This document shows positions 9,005 to 17,146 of a stretch of DNA of 32,000 bases, one piece after another. The stretch's first letter is position 1; every line of letters starts with the position of its first letter. This stretch comes from an archaeon (GTDB lineage: Archaea; Iainarchaeota; Iainarchaeia; Iainarchaeales; CSSED10-239), in the NCBI GenBank assembly GCA_035387745.1, contig DAOOON010000002.1:17401-49400 (forward strand). Direction: 5' to 3'. Position numbers and translations under genes: made by a program. The notes beneath the pieces were generated by a model. That model ran no database searches and was not told the DNA's origin. It saw only the letters and a program-made list of their open reading frames with translations.

Positions 9005-10987
9005 ATGAAAATACCAAATCAAAAGGATGCATCAAAACTTTATGACCTAATTCTTAATCTTAAAAATATCGAAAATCAAAGAACTGCAAAAGAACAAGAA
9101 ATATTAACTAAATTCTATAATCAAGAACTAGATTCTAAAAAACTAGTTTCTGAATTAAAGAAAGAAAAATTATTTTCTAATTCTAAAAAATTAGATTTGA
9201 ATTTTATTAACACATTTATTGAATATAGCAAACAACTAGAATTTCTTTCCGAAAACATAGATGTAACTACTATAAAAGAATATAAATTAACTAAAAGACC
9301 AGCACCTTTTATTTTAGGATTAAAAAAAATATTTTCTTCAAAAACTACCAAAATTAGCGAAAAAAAGAAATCTGCAAAACCAAAATTAGTGGAAGTTAAC
9401 CCAAAAGAGAAAAAACAACAACAAAATATATTCCAAAGCCTTTTTAAAAATCTTAAGACAGATAAAGAAACCATAAAAATTAAAGAAAATGCTAATCCGT
9501 TGCCTTCTTTTGAAGAACCAAAAGAATTGTTACCAGAGAACTATCAAATATTAATTGAGGGCTATGCCTATGCATTTGTTGAAGAAAAAGAAGGTTCCAG
9601 AAGATATGTTGTTGCAGAACCTGAATTAACCTCAGCTGAAGAAAAAATACTTAAAGAGACAAAACAAGAATTAATAAATAAAATATCACTTATTGAAATA
9701 AAAGACGAATCTGAATTAATAAAAAGAATAGAAAAAATATTTAATAAAACAAAGATTACTCCTCAACAAAAATCAAAAATAATGTATTATGTAGGCAGAC
9801 AGATTAAAGGGCTAGATCTTATAGAACCATTAATGCACGACCCGTTAATTGAAGATATAGAATGCGATGGAACAGGCATTCCAATATTTATTGTTCATAG
9901 AAAATATGGCCATCTTGAAACTAATATTGCATACAAAGATGAAAAAGAACTACAACAGTTTGTAATTAAGATGGCGCACTTAAGTAAAAGCTATGTTTCA
10001 TATGCTAGCCCTTTACTTGATTCTATACTTCCCGACGGTTCTCGTGTTAACGCTACACTTACAACTAACGTTTCAACTAGAGGCCCAACATTTACTATAA
10101 GAAAATTCCCACACACCCCTTTAACCGCAATTGATTTAATTACTAGCGGCACATTAAACCCTATGATTGTCGCGTATATTTGGACAATAATGGAATTTCA
10201 AAAAACTGCATTAATAATTGGGCCAACAGCTGGCGGGAAAACTACATTATTAAATGTTATTACTTCTTTTATTCCTCCAGGAAGAAGAGTTGTTTCAATT
10301 GAAGATACTAGAGAAATAAATTTACTTTTAGATAACTGGGTACCACAAATAACTAGACCCGGGTTTGGCCCCCCTGATGGAACTGGCAAAAAATACGGGG
10401 AAGTTACGATGCTTGATCTTATTAAAGAATCATTTAGACAAAGACCAGATTATTTAATTGTAGGGGAAGTCAGAGGAGAAGAAATGTCAATCATGTTTCA
10501 GGGCATGGCATCTGGTCACTGTTGTTTGTCTACTGTTCACGCAAGAAGCCTGCCTGACCTCGTAAACCGACTTATAACCCCACCAATATCTCTTGAACCA
10601 GCACTATTAACTTCTCTTGACCTTGTTATTGTTACTGGATTTGAAGGTGGCAGCGACATAAAAAGAACAATAAAAGAACTAGATGAAATTAAAGGATTTA
10701 ATTCTAAAGAAAATAAAATAGAATATACGGCAATATATAATGTTTATGAACGCTCTCAAGAAAAAGACGGGGATTTATTCACACACGAACTGCCAATTAC
10801 CTATAAGAGCGAAATTTTACAATCTATTGCTAGAGAATATAATATTAATATAAACCATTTATTAGAAATGATAAACAAAAGAATCAAATTTGTAGAAGAA
10901 TTAACCAAAAATCCCCCAAAAGACTATGTTGAATTTAAAATTGCAATAAATAAATATAAATTGCAAGAAAAAGTAATTACTAATTAG
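9005..10987 (+). CDS. Type IV filament assembly ATPase, FlaI/ArlI-PilB (T2SSE/VirB11) family, with long N-terminal extension
   Basis: 660 aa. Walker A GPTAGGKTTLLN. Asp/Walker B region RPDYLIVGEVRGEE. His box GHCCLSTVHA. The archaeal FlaI-type N-domain hallmark RRYVVAEPELTSAEE is present. Residues 1-~175 are a Lys-rich, non-conserved extension. Confidence 0.9.
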   Translation: MKIPNQKDASKLYDLILNLKNIENQRTAKEQEILTKFYNQELDSKKLVSELKKEKLFSNSKKLDLNFINTFIEYSKQLEFLSENIDVTTIKEYKLTKRPAPFILGLKKIFSSKTTKISEKKKSAKPKLVEVNPKEKKQQQNIFQSLFKNLKTDKETIKIKENANPLPSFEEPKELLPENYQILIEGYAYAFVEEKEGSRRYVVAEPELTSAEEKILKETKQELINKISLIEIKDESELIKRIEKIFNKTKITPQQKSKIMYYVGRQIKGLDLIEPLMHDPLIEDIECDGTGIPIFIVHRKYGHLETNIAYKDEKELQQFVIKMAHLSKSYVSYASPLLDSILPDGSRVNATLTTNVSTRGPTFTIRKFPHTPLTAIDLITSGTLNPMIVAYIWTIMEFQKTALIIGPTAGGKTTLLNVITSFIPPGRRVVSIEDTREINLLLDNWVPQITRPGFGPPDGTGKKYGEVTMLDLIKESFRQRPDYLIVGEVRGEEMSIMFQGMASGHCCLSTVHARSLPDLVNRLITPPISLEPALLTSLDLVIVTGFEGGSDIKRTIKELDEIKGFNSKENKIEYTAIYNVYERSQEKDGDLFTHELPITYKSEILQSIAREYNININHLLEMINKRIKFVEELTKNPPKDYVEFKIAINKYKLQEKVITN

Positions 10988-10989
10988 AT

Positions 10990-12297
10990 TTATTTAAAAG
11001 GGTCTCTTCTATTAAACAAGTATTCTGGATCTATGTCCTTTGATTTTGTTTTTTGTTTTGGCTTATTTTTTATTTTGATTTTCTTTACTAAAGTTATACT
11101 CACTAGAACCACAATTGTTGCAACAATAATATAAATAAAATATTTTGTTAAGTCCTGAGTTTCAATCTCATTAATCCCTGCATCCTTTATTTTTTTTACT
11201 TGATTTTTTGCCAGTTTTATCTTGCTTATACTCTCTTCATACCTGCCTTTATTATATAATTCTTTTATTTGAGCATAATTTTGACTTAATTCAGATACAG
11301 TTTTTGTGTCTTTCCATAAATTTATATTTTCTGAATTTAGTATTTGATTTATGGAATTATCTAGTGTGCCTTTTAAATCTGTATTAAAATTATATAGCAA
11401 AGATTTTGCAACATAATAATTTTGTCTAGTCTCTAGAGTTTGTTGTAAGATCTCTAAGGGACTATTGGGCCCTGCTTTTTCAAAATCAGCAATCACTAAA
11501 GAATAGAACTGATTTGTTGATGCAAGGCTATCTGTTATCGTAGAAATGTCCCCGTTTAAGTTATTTGGAGCTTCAATATAGCTCAGGATTATCTTTTTTG
11601 TGGTTTCATCTAATTTTTGATCTGCAACTATAACTTCAACAATCTCATTAGTTGAATCTCGGTAATTTATAGAAGATGAAACAATATCGTTATACCCCTT
11701 AAACGTATTTTTATATAATAATATCAAACTATCTGCTTTTGTACAATCGGTAGTATCTAAAAACGTAGATTGTTCTTTTTGTAATTTACTAAGCTTTGTT
11801 TTCATGTCTTGTAATTGATTAATTAATAATTCTAATTTATCTTTTGTGTTCTGACATTTTGTAGTTATTGAAGAAGAATAATTTGATCTAATAATTCCGT
11901 CTAATTTTGCGGATTTTGATTGCAAGGTTATATTTAAATTATCTATTTTGTCAACTAATTGCTGAGACAAATAGTTGTTTCCACTTTTGGTTTTTATATT
12001 TCTATTAAGTAAGGCCGTTTTAATGATATTTTGGGTATTTGTATTTATTTCATAAATAACAGACCCATTATTTGATTCTATAGGCAAAAATAACACAATA
12101 TTTGATTCTGCATCAACAATATTTAGTGTATAATACTCGTTATTATCGCAATCAATATAGTAAACACTGCCAGGATCTAAATATTCATTATTTGACAACA
12201 TATATTCTTTAGCAATATCCTGTGCCGAATATAAGGAAATGGCTTGTGCCATCGGAATTATAAACAACAAAAACATGACAGCAATAATTTTTTTCAT
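10990..12297 (-). CDS. Secreted or anchored coiled-coil protein (signal peptide plus C-terminal TM and basic tail)
   Basis: 435 aa. Signal peptide MKKIIAVMFLLFIIPMAQA/IS. Long helical middle region. C-terminal helix YFIYIIVATIVVLVSITLV followed by KKIKIKNKPKQKTKSK. The ATG overlaps the upstream stop (ATGA at 12294-12297). Confidence 0.6.
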   Translation of the reverse strand: MKKIIAVMFLLFIIPMAQAISLYSAQDIAKEYMLSNNEYLDPGSVYYIDCDNNEYYTLNIVDAESNIVLFLPIESNNGSVIYEINTNTQNIIKTALLNRNIKTKSGNNYLSQQLVDKIDNLNITLQSKSAKLDGIIRSNYSSSITTKCQNTKDKLELLINQLQDMKTKLSKLQKEQSTFLDTTDCTKADSLILLYKNTFKGYNDIVSSSINYRDSTNEIVEVIVADQKLDETTKKIILSYIEAPNNLNGDISTITDSLASTNQFYSLVIADFEKAGPNSPLEILQQTLETRQNYYVAKSLLYNFNTDLKGTLDNSINQILNSENINLWKDTKTVSELSQNYAQIKELYNKGRYEESISKIKLAKNQVKKIKDAGINEIETQDLTKYFIYIIVATIVVLVSITLVKKIKIKNKPKQKTKSKDIDPEYLFNRRDPFK

Positions 12298-13268
12298 TCT
12301 TCCTCTTCTTTAAATATTTTATTGAACAAATATACTATTGCTGCAAATATTAAAAAAACTATTGATAGGCCAGTATAAACGAAAGAAGAAAATGCTAATG
12401 CAAAGAAAAATGCAAAATTGCTTTCTATAAAACCCATAAATGGAATTGCCTTTATTGTGTCTATGATTTTGACTTTAATAACTGGCGCATCAAGATCTGG
12501 CATTAGTTCTTTTATTTCTGCAGTTGTTTTATTTGCTGCTGCAGAGGTTTTTAGATTTTCCATAAAATCAGTAAAATCAGAAGAAGTTTCATCTGTTTTT
12601 ATTCTTAATTCCAAATATTCTCTAGATTCCATAATATATTTTAAATTAGACAAAGTGCACTGCTGGTTTATTATATATGAGGTGCTAATCCAGGGGTCAA
12701 TATTATCTGCAATAAATAGATTTACAAGACCTGCTTCGAATTCTTCTACTTTTTTATTTTGCTCTGGAAGAATATATATTGCAGAAGAAATGAATAATCC
12801 AATTATTAAAAATATAGTTAATTTAGATAAATAATCTGTTGTTTGATTAAACAAATTTTTCTCAGATGTTTTTTTAACTATTAAACACAAAATAAGATGT
12901 GCTGATATATATAATATTAGAAATAAAATAAAATAAATATTAAGCTTTAAAAATATAACCGAAAAAATAAAAGACAAAAATAAACCGACACCAACAATGA
13001 TTAAACTTTCTTTTTTTACAGAATTATATATGATTGATAAAATAATTATGGAAGTTATAGGAAAAAATATCACAAAAAATAGAAAATTTAGAGAAAATAT
13101 AGAATTAAGTATTGTCGCTATATCAAATACCCTGAAAGCATAAGCCGTTAACTTAGAAGAAATCAAAAAATAAATCCAAAAAAATGAAGAGAACGTAACA
13201 ATTAATAATTTTATTAGATGTTTAGAATTAAATTCCATTGCACCTTTTTTATTTATCATAAATTCCAC
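12294..13268 (-). CDS. Polytopic membrane protein (~7 TM) with ~100-aa soluble loop
   Basis: 324 aa. Five N-terminal hydrophobic helices, a soluble segment (EQNKKVEEFEAG...APVIKVKIID), then two C-terminal helices. The GTG start at 13268 overlaps the map stop by 1 nt, with ATG alternatives at 13259 and 13238. No family recognised. Confidence 0.55.
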   Translation of the reverse strand: MEFMINKKGAMEFNSKHLIKLLIVTFSSFFWIYFLISSKLTAYAFRVFDIATILNSIFSLNFLFFVIFFPITSIIILSIIYNSVKKESLIIVGVGLFLSFIFSVIFLKLNIYFILFLILYISAHLILCLIVKKTSEKNLFNQTTDYLSKLTIFLIIGLFISSAIYILPEQNKKVEEFEAGLVNLFIADNIDPWISTSYIINQQCTLSNLKYIMESREYLELRIKTDETSSDFTDFMENLKTSAAANKTTAEIKELMPDLDAPVIKVKIIDTIKAIPFMGFIESNFAFFFALAFSSFVYTGLSIVFLIFAAIVYLFNKIFKEEEE

Positions 13269-14194
13269 TATTCAATTATTTCATTTATATTTATTAGATC
13301 TATCATTTCTTGATTTTCTTTATCATAAACAAATGTTGTTTCTGCTTGAGAAACATAAGAGCCATTTCTATCAATTAACACAGGATATGCAGATATTGCC
13401 TGCGCTTTTAATAGTTCTCTAAATGCAACTTTCCTATCAAAGCTTGACAGGTTTTTCCCTACCCAAAATTCGGAAAATGCCATACCTTCAAAGCTTTTGA
13501 TTTCTTCTAGTATTTTTCTTGCATTTGAGTTTCTTATTGAAACATCTTTTTCAAAAATAAAGATATAGACGTTGCTTCCTTCTGTCACATATCCATTACC
13601 AGTACTAGAGAATGGTTCTATTGCAAACCAAGAATCAATTTCTGATAATTTAATATTAATATTATTTTTTACATTTGGTATTGATGGGTGGTTGTGAGTT
13701 GTATATCTTGTAATGGTGTGGCCAGTTAGATTACTTATTGGCTTATAACCATAACCTTTGATTGTATCTTCTATAATTTCCCCAACTTTTGAAACAGTTA
13801 CAATTTTAGGATTTTTAAGAATATAATCTTTTGAATTTAATAACGCTTTATCGCTTGACTCTTTTAATTTTTCATGAATTTTAGAAAAAACAAAAGTTTG
13901 AGAAGAATCTGTAATATAGCCATCAATTGAAACGCCAACATCAACTTTTAAAACATCTGTTTCTTTAAGAATTACTTGCTCTTCGGGGTTATAAGAATTG
14001 TGTGCAGCCTCTTGGTTTATAGAAAGGTTAACTGGCCAAGCTGGTTTTGCGCCTTTCTCTTTTATGTAATTTTCTATTTCTGCCCCTATCTCTAAAAAAG
14101 AAATGCCTGGTTTAACTATCTTTTTTGCGAATTTTTGTGCGCCATTATTTATAATCCCTGATTTCTTTAAAATGTCGATTTCTGTTTTGTTCAT
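13268..14194 (-). CDS. map: Methionine aminopeptidase, type 2 (archaeal)
   Basis: 308 aa. All five pita-bread metal ligand contexts are present: LKVDVGV, DGYITDSS, LTGHTI, FAIEPF, SQAETTF. The ATG overlaps the upstream stop (ATGA at 14191-14194). Confidence 0.9.
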   Translation of the reverse strand: MNKTEIDILKKSGIINNGAQKFAKKIVKPGISFLEIGAEIENYIKEKGAKPAWPVNLSINQEAAHNSYNPEEQVILKETDVLKVDVGVSIDGYITDSSQTFVFSKIHEKLKESSDKALLNSKDYILKNPKIVTVSKVGEIIEDTIKGYGYKPISNLTGHTITRYTTHNHPSIPNVKNNINIKLSEIDSWFAIEPFSSTGNGYVTEGSNVYIFIFEKDVSIRNSNARKILEEIKSFEGMAFSEFWVGKNLSSFDRKVAFRELLKAQAISAYPVLIDRNGSYVSQAETTFVYDKENQEMIDLININEIIE

Positions 14195-14685
14195 TTTTTT
14201 TCTTTTTTATTTGTTAAAAAAACTACCGCAATAAAAGCAACAATAAACCCAAAATATATTGGCATATCTGGAATTGGAACATTCTTTTGTGCTTGTTTAA
14301 TCATAAACCAAATTTGGCCAATGTTATTTATTGGATTATCATCATCTTCTAATATTGTTGCTCTAATAAGGTGTTGAGCAGTAGATGCATTCGAATCTGG
14401 AATAATAATGTTAACAAAAATATTATTGGAATCATTTGCTCCAATGCTTATTGCATTTCCCTCAAAATAATTTCTATCAAAAATCTGGACTGCTTGAGGG
14501 GTAAATACTTCTATTCTTAAATTTACATCTTGGGTAGTACTAGAGGTGTTAACAACAATAACATTAATATCAAAATTTGTATCTTCAATTACTGCTTTTG
14601 GTGCAATTATCTCACCTATGTAAAAATCAGCAAAAATTGTGCCAGACATTAGTATTAAAAATGCAAATATAAATATTTTTTTCAT
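14191..14685 (-). CDS. Small surface protein, CARDB-like domain, signal peptide and C-terminal TM anchor
   Basis: 164 aa. Signal peptide MKKIFIFAFLILMSGTIFA. The beta-sandwich pattern ends in ILEDDDNPINN, as CARDB domains often do. The C-terminus is PIYFGFIVAFIAVVFLTNKKEKK. Confidence 0.55.
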   Translation of the reverse strand: MKKIFIFAFLILMSGTIFADFYIGEIIAPKAVIEDTNFDINVIVVNTSSTTQDVNLRIEVFTPQAVQIFDRNYFEGNAISIGANDSNNIFVNIIIPDSNASTAQHLIRATILEDDDNPINNIGQIWFMIKQAQKNVPIPDMPIYFGFIVAFIAVVFLTNKKEKK

Positions 14686-14767
14686 ATCTTTATTCTCCTA
14701 AATATAATATAGTAAATATAAAGACAATAAGGTTTATAAAATTAGCTAAAAAAAGAAATAAAGAGAA

Positions 14768-15238
14768 TTAGGCGATTTTTGAATCGTAATTCCCTGCATT
14801 TAAATCCTTTAAGGCTTCTGCTGGAGTCTTGCCATCAATATTAACCCCAAGAGATCTACAGGTTCCAAAAACTTCTCTAATTCCGGCTTTAAAACTTCTT
14901 GCACTCAATTGACCATACTTTGCTTTTGTTATTTTTAGAATCTTATCAAAAGTAATGTTTCCGGCAATTTCTGTTCCGGCTTTCCCTGAGGCCTTTTTAA
15001 TATTTAATTCTTTTTTTATTAATGCGCTTGTTAATGGTGCACCGACTTCAACAGAATAGCTCTTATCTGAATTAATATGAACTTTAACTGGCACTTGCAT
15101 GCCTTCTAATTCCTTTGTTACTCTGTTTATTTCTTTAACAACTTCCATTGTGTTAACACCTAATGGCCCTAAAGCTGGACCAAGTGGTGGACCTGCACTA
15201 GCTTTTCCTGCGTCTACTAAAACTTTTATTGTTGGCAT
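14768..15238 (-). CDS. rpl11: 50S ribosomal protein uL11
   Basis: 156 aa. KASAGPPLGPALGPLGVN is the canonical L11 N-terminal motif. It sits downstream of spt5, as in most archaea. Confidence 0.95.
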   Translation of the reverse strand: MPTIKVLVDAGKASAGPPLGPALGPLGVNTMEVVKEINRVTKELEGMQVPVKVHINSDKSYSVEVGAPLTSALIKKELNIKKASGKAGTEIAGNITFDKILKITKAKYGQLSARSFKAGIREVFGTCRSLGVNIDGKTPAEALKDLNAGNYDSKIA

Positions 15239-15254
15239 ATATTTTTCACATCCT

Positions 15255-15692
15255 TTAATTTAATAATTTAATATTTTCTGCTTTCATTGTTATTGGAACT
15301 TTGACTGTTGCATCAAACAACTCAATAACTACTTCTTCTTTTGCAACATTTACTCTTGTTACTTTTGCTCTTGAACCTTTAAAAGGACCTAAGATAATCT
15401 CTACGGTCTGTCCTGGCTTAATAGAACTCATTAATGGTCTGGATTCTAAGATTCCCGCAATCTCTTTAATATTTATATTGCCTGTAACCATTTGCCCACC
15501 CTTAATGTGAGGGACGTTATGTATTAACAGCTCTACGGTTTTTTCCTCTTGGGCTTCTATCAATATGTAGCCTTTAAGATCAGCCATCTCTACTAGAGAA
15601 TAGACTGGAAGTCCTTCTTCTTTAATTCTGTGGTGAAGAATATCTATAACAACTCTTTCTTGACCAACTGTTGTTCTAACTGTAAATATCAT
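15255..15692 (-). CDS. spt5: Transcription elongation factor Spt5 (NusG homologue)
   Basis: 145 aa. NGN domain (MIFTVRTTVGQERVV...GYILIEA) plus KOW motif (GQTVEIILGPFKGSRAKVTRV). Confidence 0.9.
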   Translation of the reverse strand: MIFTVRTTVGQERVVIDILHHRIKEEGLPVYSLVEMADLKGYILIEAQEEKTVELLIHNVPHIKGGQMVTGNINIKEIAGILESRPLMSSIKPGQTVEIILGPFKGSRAKVTRVNVAKEEVVIELFDATVKVPITMKAENIKLLN

Positions 15693-15868
15693 ACTTTTCC
15701 GCCTATTATATTCATTATTATTCTTACTATAAAACCAATAACTCCAATAACAATCATACCAATACCAACGATCTTTGCCATTGCCCAGTATTCTTTCTTT
15801 CCTGGTTTTTTTGCAATCAATAGAATTCTTTTTGATGATTCAAAAAATTCTTTTATTTTATTTACCAT
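15689..15868 (-). CDS. secE: Preprotein translocase subunit SecE (Sec61gamma)
   Basis: 59-aa ORF just under the ORF-track cut-off: MVNKIKEFFESSKRILLIAKKPGKKEYWAMAKIVGIGMIVIGVIGFIVRIIMNIIGGKV. It has the typical KR-x-L-x-x-x-KKP-x-x-x-E motif plus a single TM helix. Its TGA overlaps the spt5 ATG (ATGA). It holds the conserved ftsZ-secE-spt5-rpl11 position. Confidence 0.8.
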   Translation of the reverse strand: MVNKIKEFFESSKRILLIAKKPGKKEYWAMAKIVGIGMIVIGVIGFIVRIIMNIIGGKV

Positions 15869-15880
15869 CTTTTATCACAT

Positions 15881-16996
15881 TTATACGCTTTCAATATTTA
15901 GTTCTAATTTTTCTTTTTTCTTTCCTATGTTTGTTCCAACAATGTCACTTAAGTAAGGAATATCTGCGCCTGCAATTACTGCCATAACTTTTATTGAGTT
16001 TCTTGGCATGTCCTCATCAACCATGGCCCCCCAGATAATGTGAGCATCTTGACTAATCTTTGAAGCTACCGTTTCAACTATTAGCTCTGCTTCTTTAAGA
16101 GTCATGTCTTGGCCACCCAAAACATTTACTAGAGCTTTTCTAGCATTACCAATCTCAATATCAAGTAATGGTGAGGTTAGTGCATCTTCTACTGCTTCCA
16201 TTGCTCTTGAATCGTTATTATTCTTGTTTATTGAGCTTTCTCCAACACCGATCATTGCTAGACCCCCATTTGAAAGTATGGTTCTTAGATCAGCAAAGTC
16301 AAGATTAATTATTCCTGCTTTTGTTACTAGTTCAATTATTCCTTTAACTGATTGTGTTAAGATTTTATCCACTTCTTGAAAAGCAATCTGTAATGGTAAG
16401 TCTGGTGCAATTTCTAAAATCTTATCATTTGGAATAATTATTAAAGTATCAACTTCTTTCTTTAATCTTTCAAGACCACCTAGTGCATTTTCAATTCTTT
16501 GCTTTCCTTCAACAGCAAATGGTAAGGTTACAACGCCTATTATTAGTGCGCCTTTTTCTTTTGCAATCCTGGCCACTTCTGGTATTGCGCCTGTTCCTGT
16601 TCCTCCGCCAAGTCCACAAGTAACAAAGACCATGTCTGCGTCTTTTAATACATTCTTTATTTCGTCTTTGGATTCCTCTGCTGCAGCTCTGCCAACTTCT
16701 GGGTTTGAACCAGCACCAAGGCCTCTTGTAGTTTTCTTTCCTATTAGCATTTTTTTATCTGCTCTAATCTTTAATAATGCTTGAGCATCAGTATTCATGG
16801 CTATCATTATTGCGCCTTCAATACCTGTCTGATTCATTCTGTCAAGACTATTACCGCCAGAACCGCCAACACCAATAACATAGATGTTTGGAAGAGATGC
16901 TTTTAGAAATTCCTCTAATTCCTCATCATCACTTCTTTGAACTTTTTCACTATTCTCGTCTTGTGCAACTACGCGGCTGCTTTGCATTCCTGACAA
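15881..16996 (-). CDS. ftsZ: Cell division GTPase FtsZ
   Basis: 371 aa. Tubulin signature CGLGGGTGTGAIPEVA. GVGGSGGN and NTDAQAL motifs are present. The TTG start at 16996 has GGGGG 8 nt upstream. The ATG alternative at 16987 would sit 17 nt from the SD. Confidence 0.95.
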   Translation of the reverse strand: MSGMQSSRVVAQDENSEKVQRSDDEELEEFLKASLPNIYVIGVGGSGGNSLDRMNQTGIEGAIMIAMNTDAQALLKIRADKKMLIGKKTTRGLGAGSNPEVGRAAAEESKDEIKNVLKDADMVFVTCGLGGGTGTGAIPEVARIAKEKGALIIGVVTLPFAVEGKQRIENALGGLERLKKEVDTLIIIPNDKILEIAPDLPLQIAFQEVDKILTQSVKGIIELVTKAGIINLDFADLRTILSNGGLAMIGVGESSINKNNNDSRAMEAVEDALTSPLLDIEIGNARKALVNVLGGQDMTLKEAELIVETVASKISQDAHIIWGAMVDEDMPRNSIKVMAVIAGADIPYLSDIVGTNIGKKKEKLELNIESV

Positions 16997-17146
16997 AATT
17001 CATTCCCCCTGGCTTGTTATCTTATCTTTAAACATAAAACATAAATATAATATAAAAAAAGATATTATATTTATAGACTAGAAACCTTTAAATATAAATC
17101 TATTTTAGGTTATATAGAGACAGAAAGCTAAAATTAAGGAATTTTT

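Noticed and set aside
9121-9474. 117-aa minus-strand ORF inside the ATPase gene; similar short antisense ORFs at 854-1045, 1690-1875, 2350-2556, 3316-3747, 5732-6004, 8716-8919 and 10198-10389
   Set aside because: All lie wholly inside longer ORFs with recognisable motifs or coherent membrane/secretion signals. They are Phe/Leu/Ser-rich reverse-complement shadows of Lys/Glu/Asn-rich genes and have no SD.
12418-12834. 138-aa + strand ORF opposite the 324-aa membrane protein
   Set aside because: Antisense shadow. The minus-strand ORF is longer, has a consistent TM pattern, and is translationally coupled (ATGA overlaps) to both neighbours.
12294-13268. 324-aa 7-TM protein as the missing FlaJ/PilC platform for the neighbouring ATPase
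   Set aside because: It has no recognisable T2SSF-type repeat or motif. It is about half the size of FlaJ/ArlJ and lies on the opposite strand in a different operon. I keep it only as a hypothesis to test within the operon finding.
15630-15987. Two + strand ORFs (108 and 70 aa) covering the ftsZ-spt5 gap
   Set aside because: They are the antisense of the 59-aa SecE ORF and of the ftsZ 3' end. SecE fits the conserved gene order and family motif.
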